Both the position numbers and the translations under genes were made by a program. 64,000 nucleotides of DNA, taken from assembly GCA_965655795.1 (NCBI GenBank), contig CBFHHY010000009.1, positions 169 to 64,168 on the forward strand. Reading direction: 5' to 3'. How positions within the stretch are numbered: the stretch's first letter is position 1; each line of letters begins with the position of its first letter. Below the pieces are notes generated by a model that saw nothing but the letters and a program-made list of their open reading frames with translations, was not told the origin of the DNA and searched no databases. This document shows, in pieces, positions 58,478 to 64,000 of the stretch. The DNA is from an uncultured Schleiferiaceae bacterium (GTDB taxonomy: Bacteria > Bacteroidota > Bacteroidia > Flavobacteriales > Schleiferiaceae).

Positions 58478-60522
58478 TTAAGCAGAAACTCCAAAGACTT
58501 AATTACTTTGTCTGAGTTTGGTAAAAGTGTTGCTTCTAAAGTTTTATTTAAAGGGATTGCCGGTGTTTCTTCTGACCCTAAAACTAGTATTGGTGCATCT
58601 AATTTTTCAAAGCATTGCCTTTGAATTTCTCCAGAAATTGCATTAGCGAAAGTATTTGACGAGGGTTCCTCTGTAACTAATAAAGCTCTTCCATGCTTAG
58701 AAACTGTTTTCATCACAAGATCTTTATCCCAAGGTTGAAGCGTTCTTAAGTCTATAATTTCTATTTTGCCTGAAAACGCTTTTTCGGCTTCTAAAGACCA
58801 ATATACCCCCATACCATAGGTAATTATACATGCTGTTCTCTCTTTCTTAGCACTGGGCTCTATGACGACCCTTCCTTTTCCAAAAGGAATGATATAATCT
58901 TTCGAAGGCTCTACTGTTTTTGCGCCTATTGTTCCTTTTATTTTTGACCAATAAAGCCCCTTATGCTCTAAGATGACAACCGGGTTCGGGTCTTCAAAAG
59001 CTGACTTCATTAAGCCCTTTAAATCCGCACCAGTTGATGGGTAGGCGATCTTAATGCCATTAATATTCGTTAATACTGATTCTACACTTGAAGAGTGATA
59101 AGGGCCTCCGCTTCCGTAAGCGCCCGTAGGAACGCGAATTACTGCACTTGCAGGCCATTTGCCATTTGATAAATAATAAGACCTTGAAAGCTCCGTAAAT
59201 AGTTGATTTAACCCAGGCCATATATAATCTGAAAATTGCACTTCAACAATTGGTTTTAATCCAACTGCAGCCATTCCGACAGTGCTCCCAATTATAAATG
59301 CCTCCTGAATTGGTGTATTAAACACCCTGTGGTCTCCAAACTGCTCTGCCAAAGTAGCTGCTTCACGAAAAACACCCCCAAGGCGAGCTCCTACATCCTG
59401 GCCATAAAAAAGTGCTTCAGGATGACTTTGTAAAATTTCTCTCATTGCAAATAAAGCACTGTCAACCATAACCGTTTCATCACGATTTTTAGGAACTCTA
59501 GCTCCTGATTCTTTTGTTACTGAAGTTGGAGCATAGCGGTGAGTGAAAAGGTCTTCAGGTTTTGGATCTTCAGCCTCAAGGGCTTTCTTAAAGTCCGCTA
59601 AGACAATTTTTTTAGCTTTGTTTTCTATTTTTTTTAAATCCTTCTCAGACGCGCCCTGCTCTTTTAAAAACAAATTTAATTTAGGCAAGGGGTCTCTTTT
59701 TTTGTGAATGTTTAAATCATCACGATACCATTCCATTCGTACTCCAGAAGTATGATGATTTAGTAAAGGCACTTTAGCATGAATTAAGTATGGTTTTCGA
59801 GATTTTCTCATATCCTTTAAAACCTCCCTAACTCCATGATAGCAAGACGTAAAATCACTTCCATCAAGCTGAACTACGTTAATTCCTGGAAAGCCCCTTG
59901 CGTATTCTGCAGCATCACCGGAACGAACTTCTTTTGCATTCGCGGATATATCCCAATCATTATCTTGAACAAGAACCAACAATGGGTATTGCTTAAGAGC
60001 AGCCATTTGAAGAGCTTCTGAAACCTCGCCCTCAGTCATCGCTGCATCTCCTATCGAACATAGAGAAATAGGCTTGGAAGACCCCCAGTCTTCAGTAATA
60101 TCCATTTTTTCTCGATATTGAATTCCCATTGCTGCTCCAGAAGCAGGAATTGCCTGCATTCCTGTGGCTGATGATTGATGTGGAATTTTGGGCTTTCCCA
60201 GTTCTCTAAGGCTTGCGTGACTATAATATGTTCGCCCTCCAGAAAAAGGGTCATCCTTTTTTGCAAGAAGCTGAAGCATAAGTTCATAAGGTGTCATTCC
60301 TATACCTAAAAGCATCGCATCATCTCTGTAGTAAGGATACAGAAAGTCAGTGTTTTCGAGCTGCATTGCACAGGCCAACTGTATCGCTTCGTGACCTCTC
60401 GAAGTCGCGTGCACATATGTCTGTGTTATTTCTTTATTTTTCTCAAAGCATTCGGTCATCTCTTTTGAGATACACATTAATTCATAAGCCTGGAGCAGCG
60501 TACTATTTACCGATTTACCCAT
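58471..60522 (-). CDS. Fused alpha/beta E1 component of a 2-oxoacid (branched-chain type) dehydrogenase, TPP-dependent
   Basis: 683 aa. The N-terminal half has the E1-alpha TPP motif (GDAAMTEGEVSEALQMAA...NDWDIS). The C-terminal half is an E1-beta transketolase-like Pyr plus C-terminal domain (FNTPIQEAFIIG...). Confidence 0.88.
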   Translation of the reverse strand: MGKSVNSTLLQAYELMCISKEMTECFEKNKEITQTYVHATSRGHEAIQLACAMQLENTDFLYPYYRDDAMLLGIGMTPYELMLQLLAKKDDPFSGGRTYYSHASLRELGKPKIPHQSSATGMQAIPASGAAMGIQYREKMDITEDWGSSKPISLCSIGDAAMTEGEVSEALQMAALKQYPLLVLVQDNDWDISANAKEVRSGDAAEYARGFPGINVVQLDGSDFTSCYHGVREVLKDMRKSRKPYLIHAKVPLLNHHTSGVRMEWYRDDLNIHKKRDPLPKLNLFLKEQGASEKDLKKIENKAKKIVLADFKKALEAEDPKPEDLFTHRYAPTSVTKESGARVPKNRDETVMVDSALFAMREILQSHPEALFYGQDVGARLGGVFREAATLAEQFGDHRVFNTPIQEAFIIGSTVGMAAVGLKPIVEVQFSDYIWPGLNQLFTELSRSYYLSNGKWPASAVIRVPTGAYGSGGPYHSSSVESVLTNINGIKIAYPSTGADLKGLMKSAFEDPNPVVILEHKGLYWSKIKGTIGAKTVEPSKDYIIPFGKGRVVIEPSAKKERTACIITYGMGVYWSLEAEKAFSGKIEIIDLRTLQPWDKDLVMKTVSKHGRALLVTEEPSSNTFANAISGEIQRQCFEKLDAPILVLGSEETPAIPLNKTLEATLLPNSDKVIKSLEFLLNY

Positions 60523-60526
60523 AGTT

Positions 60527-61318
60527 TTATTGAGCCACCTGGCTTTTCTTTTCTAAGATCGATTTTATTGCTGACTTGCTTTCATCCTTTAAAACAAGCT
60601 TTCCGCTGATCCTTGCTCTCTCAAGAAGCAGCGTGTCCCAATCTTCGCAACCCGACCACAGAGCTTTTTTCAGAGCACTTTGAGCAGGTACACTTTGAGC
60701 AGTTAGTGTTTTCAACAATTCCGAAATTCCTTCATCCATAGCCTCAATTGTCGGATAAACGTGAGAATAAATTCCTTTTTGCATTCCCCATTCAGCTGTT
60801 CGAAACTGGGTTGCATCAATGGCAAGCTCACCAAGGCCTCCAACTCCTACTTTTCTCTCTACAGCGGGCCCCACAACAAAGGGGCCTATTCCGACCGCTA
60901 GTTCACTTAACTTTAAACCTGCATATTGAGTGGCGAAGCAATAATCCACAGCTGCGGCTATTCCTACACCGCCACCAACAGCCTTCCCTTGTACTCTCCC
61001 AACAATAAGCTTAGAGGACTTTCTCATGGCATTAATAACATTAGCGAATCCGGAAAAAAATTCCATCGCCTGCTTCTCATTGGATATTGATGCCAGCTCA
61101 TCAAAGCTAGCCCCGCCGCAAAAAACACGATCTCCTGAGCTTGTGATGTGTATTATTTGAGAATCCATATTTCTTGATTCATCATCTATTGCCTTAACAA
61201 GGCTTTTTAAAATAGCGCTGGGTAACGAGTTGCTTTGAGGGTGTGAAAATTCAATATATGAAACTCCTGAATCTACATTAATCGATACGTTTCCTTCATT
61301 CTTATAGTCAATACTCAT
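60527..61318 (-). CDS. Enoyl-CoA hydratase/isomerase (crotonase) family protein
   Basis: 263 aa with the oxyanion-hole segments FCGGASFDE and GKAVGGGVGIAAAVD. Confidence 0.88.
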   Translation of the reverse strand: MSIDYKNEGNVSINVDSGVSYIEFSHPQSNSLPSAILKSLVKAIDDESRNMDSQIIHITSSGDRVFCGGASFDELASISNEKQAMEFFSGFANVINAMRKSSKLIVGRVQGKAVGGGVGIAAAVDYCFATQYAGLKLSELAVGIGPFVVGPAVERKVGVGGLGELAIDATQFRTAEWGMQKGIYSHVYPTIEAMDEGISELLKTLTAQSVPAQSALKKALWSGCEDWDTLLLERARISGKLVLKDESKSAIKSILEKKSQVAQ

Positions 61319-61353
61319 ATTTTATAATTCTTTAATCATTATCAATTTAGAGA

Positions 61354-63411
61354 TTATTCAACTTGGTTCCTTTTTTTGACCATTGTTAAAATAGTAGCTA
61401 TTGCAACAATTTCTTTTGTGTCATCTGTCACCTCAACATAATATTTTACAATGCCCTTTGATATGTCCTCAGGAGAGCGCTTTTCTTGATCAATTTTTTC
61501 TTGCACAGTAAGCTGAACTCCAATTTCTGTACCGGGATAAACAGGCTTGGTAAATCGGCAGGTTTCGATTCCATAGTTTAATAAAACCGGTCCCTTGGGG
61601 GGGTCCACAAAAAGTCCCGCAGCCCTACTTAAAATAAAATAACCATGAGCAACTCTACCAGTAAAAATAGTTCCCTCTAAAGAGTTTTCATCCATGTGAG
61701 CATAAAACCTATCACCGCTAAGCTCTGCAAATTTGTCGATGTCATCCAAGGTAACCATATGCTTCGGGGTAGTAACTGTATCGCCAATTTTCAAATCTTC
61801 AAAATGTTGCCGAAAAAGGTGTGGATTTGCCTCCTTTCTTTCCGCTCCAGGGATGTACCTACCGGTAATTTCAGACAGCGCATTAGGGTGCCCCTGAAGA
61901 GCTGTGCGTTGTAAATAGTGCAAAACGCCTCTAACACCCCCCATTTCTTCACCATCCCCAGCTCGTCCTGGGCCACCATGAGTCATCAGCGGCATTGGAG
62001 AGCCATGACCTGTGCTTTCCTTAGCACTCATGGAGTCTAAAACTAAAATTCTCCCATTTGAATATGCCGATTCTAAAGTAAATCTTTTGTACACATCTTT
62101 ATTAGAACTTACAATCGTTGTAACCAATGATCCTCTTCCTAGAGCTACAATTTCTGCAGCCTCTTTGGAATTCTTAAATGGCATAATCGTAGAAACGGGA
62201 CCAAACGCCTCTATTTCGTGAGTAGACGAAGCTTCAAAAGGCCGATGATTAACGAATAATGTGGGTGGGAAAAAAGCCCCTTTTTCGGGATTTGCCGCAA
62301 TCGCCTTATTTTCTCTATCAACTCCCCCAAATATTATTTCATTCTCTTTTGATAGCAATTCCACAGATTCTTCAACCCTTTTAACTTGAAGTTTTGTTGC
62401 CAAAGCCCCCATTCGAACTCCATCAATGTTTGGGTCTCCATACCTTGTTGACTCAAGACGGCTAATTAAAGACTCACTTACACGCTCAAGTAATGTTTCA
62501 GGCACTAAAACCCTTCTTACAGCTGTGCACTTCTGCCCAGCCTTAATTGTAATTTCTTTTGCAACTTCTTTTATAAAAATTTCAAATTCTTTGGATTCGG
62601 ATTTGACATCTTCACCTAAAACCATAGCATTCAAAGAGTCTGCTTCTAAATTGAATGGAACCCCCCTTTCCAAAAAATGGGGTTGTGCCTTCAATGCCAT
62701 TCCCGTTTTTTGGGACCCCGTAAAGGTTACCACATCATCTCTTTGCACCGCATCCAAAAGACCATGACCTTTACCTGTGACGAGTTGTAAAGCCCCCTCG
62801 GGTAAAATTCTACTTTTAATAATATCACGAACAACTACCTCTGATAAAAAACTTGTATACTCTGATGGCTTTACAACCGCAGGTACACCCGCTAATAAGT
62901 TTACTGCAATTTTTTCAAGCATTCCCCAAACAGGAAAATTAAAGGCGTTCACATGAACCGCCACCCCTCTCTTTGGAACCATAATATGCTGTCCAAGAAA
63001 TGTCCCATTTTGGGAAAGCTTAACAGGAGGTCCATCAATCAAGAAAGACTGATCAGAAAATTCTCGACGCAATGAAGCATAGCTGAATAGATTTCCAATA
63101 CCACCCTCTATATCAATCCATGAGTCAACTCGTGTTGCTCCCGTTGCATAGGATAATGAATAATATGAATCCTTCTTTTGCTGAAGAAAGAGCGCCAACG
63201 CTTTGAGCATTAATCCCCTTTTTGGAAAGCTCATCTCACGCAACTGAGCGCCCCCTTTTTCCCTTGCGTATTCTAATATATCATTATAATCTAATCCATG
63301 ACTAGATACTTTTCCAAGAGATTCGCCTGTTATAGCATGAACTGCTTCATACTCCAGCTCGTCTCCCGACGTCCATTTACCCATTACATAATTCTGTATA
63401 TCTCTTTTCAT
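61354..63411 (-). CDS. paaZ: Bifunctional aldehyde dehydrogenase / MaoC-type hydratase, PaaZ-like
   Basis: 685 aa. The N-terminal ALDH domain has LEADSLN and catalytic Cys GQKCTAVRR. The C-terminal roughly 150-aa hot-dog MaoC domain has DRFYAHMD...VAHGY. Confidence 0.85.
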   Translation of the reverse strand: MKRDIQNYVMGKWTSGDELEYEAVHAITGESLGKVSSHGLDYNDILEYAREKGGAQLREMSFPKRGLMLKALALFLQQKKDSYYSLSYATGATRVDSWIDIEGGIGNLFSYASLRREFSDQSFLIDGPPVKLSQNGTFLGQHIMVPKRGVAVHVNAFNFPVWGMLEKIAVNLLAGVPAVVKPSEYTSFLSEVVVRDIIKSRILPEGALQLVTGKGHGLLDAVQRDDVVTFTGSQKTGMALKAQPHFLERGVPFNLEADSLNAMVLGEDVKSESKEFEIFIKEVAKEITIKAGQKCTAVRRVLVPETLLERVSESLISRLESTRYGDPNIDGVRMGALATKLQVKRVEESVELLSKENEIIFGGVDRENKAIAANPEKGAFFPPTLFVNHRPFEASSTHEIEAFGPVSTIMPFKNSKEAAEIVALGRGSLVTTIVSSNKDVYKRFTLESAYSNGRILVLDSMSAKESTGHGSPMPLMTHGGPGRAGDGEEMGGVRGVLHYLQRTALQGHPNALSEITGRYIPGAERKEANPHLFRQHFEDLKIGDTVTTPKHMVTLDDIDKFAELSGDRFYAHMDENSLEGTIFTGRVAHGYFILSRAAGLFVDPPKGPVLLNYGIETCRFTKPVYPGTEIGVQLTVQEKIDQEKRSPEDISKGIVKYYVEVTDDTKEIVAIATILTMVKKRNQVE

Positions 63412-63452
63412 TACTACCTCGAAAATTTTTCAATCCCTTGTAAATATATCCC

Positions 63453-63484
63453 AAAAAAAAGACCGCCCCATTTCTGGGGCGGTC
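63453..63484 (-). terminator. Intrinsic terminator downstream of the partial T9SS-cargo gene
   Basis: A perfect 10-bp GC-rich stem GACCGCCCCA / TGGGGCGGTC has a 4-nt loop. It is followed on the minus strand by eight T (plus-strand A-run 63453-63460). Confidence 0.85.
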
Positions 63485-63536
63485 AATTTTAAAGAACCTT
63501 AAGAGATTTTAATCTCTAAATAAATTCTATCTCTGC

Positions 63537-64000
63537 TTATCGCTGAACAGCAACACGCATAGTACGTGTTCCTTCATCAGCTGTTAAGCGTACCATGTAG
63601 ATTCCTGAAGCTAGATCGCTAAGATCAATATTAAGCTCACTAGAACCAGAATCCCACTTGGTTGCATTTAATAGCTCTCCGCGAAGACCTATGATAGATA
63701 CCTCAACATCTCCTATTAGGTTAGTGCGCTCCAAGGTGAAGGCTCCAGAAGTTGGGTTCGGGAATAAGCTAACGCTTCCCAGTGCTTCGTCTATGCTTAC
63801 AGCACAATCGTAACACTTACCAAAACATACTGGCGCAAACACAGTGTCTGCATTTCCTAATGTAGCTGTTCGGTTATATCCTCCGAATCCGTCAGAGACA
63901 CCACAAGCAGCAAGATCTGTTGTTGGCTCTGCACTGTTCCAGTCCATGCCGTTGATGAACTTGTACTGAAGAGTCTCACCAAGAGCAGATGAGAACGTGA
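63537..64000 (-). CDS. C-terminal part of a T9SS-secreted protein (N-terminus outside the window)
   Basis: The reading frame stays open past the ORF-track Met at 63947 to base 64000. The tail LFPNPTSGAFTLERTN...SGIYMVRLTADEGTRTMRVAVQR is a classic Por_Secre_tail. GC and codon usage differ from the rest of the window. Confidence 0.8.
   Translation of the reverse strand, partial: TFSSALGETLQYKFINGMDWNSAEPTTDLAACGVSDGFGGYNRTATLGNADTVFAPVCFGKCYDCAVSIDEALGSVSLFPNPTSGAFTLERTNLIGDVEVSIIGLRGELLNATKWDSGSSELNIDLSDLASGIYMVRLTADEGTRTMRVAVQR

Noticed and set aside
1-64000. Defence systems, CRISPR arrays, prophage, IS elements, toxin-antitoxin pairs
   Set aside because: I read all ORF-track proteins of at least 60 aa. 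None shows nuclease/helicase/methylase defence architectures, transposase DDE motifs, integrase motifs or phage structural features. No spaced direct-repeat array is visible, and the intergenic space is too small to hide one.

Overview
This is a dense (about 95% coding), AT-rich chromosomal core region; hand-counted 60-nt samples give about 37-40% GC. It belongs to a Bacteroidota genome, most likely a streamlined Flavobacteriia. Supporting signatures are two proteins with T9SS C-terminal sorting domains, GldH, a PorZ-like double-propeller protein, an S46 dipeptidyl-peptidase, the type-2 IleRS/DksA-like/LspA block, SufS-SufE-SufT, and recurring TAnnTTTG -7 boxes in place of sigma70/Shine-Dalgarno signals. 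I call 54 protein-coding genes (two cut by the window edges), one tRNA-Gln(UUG), three intrinsic-terminator hairpins, one leader hairpin, one tandem repeat and several candidate promoter boxes. Content is almost entirely housekeeping. It covers translation (infB, nusA, rimP, lepA, ileS, gatA), secretion (secA, tatA, lspA), the envelope (PBP1A, an MltD-like lytic transglycosylase, an EnvC-like M23 protein, a flippase), Fe-S assembly, kynurenine-branch enzymes, and acyl-CoA metabolism (ScoAB, fused E1 alpha/beta, PaaZ, a PccB-like protein). I saw no CRISPR array, rRNA, transposase, integrase, phage gene or recognisable defence gene, and no large non-coding gap. I therefore cannot honestly name a clear-cut novel multi-gene system here. 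The best leads are: (1) a terminator-like hairpin in the rimP-nusA-infB leader; (2) a sufS-sufE-sufT operon that lacks sufBCD, has an HMG-CoA synthase translationally coupled to sufT, and continues into two DUF genes; (3) a DtxR-family metalloregulator translationally coupled to 3-hydroxyanthranilate dioxygenase and facing ACMSD; (4) a 16-bp tandem duplication that pulled apart the sufE/sufT stop-start overlap; (5) a sharp GC and codon-usage jump in the last, partial gene. All family calls come from motif recognition by eye; no searches were run.
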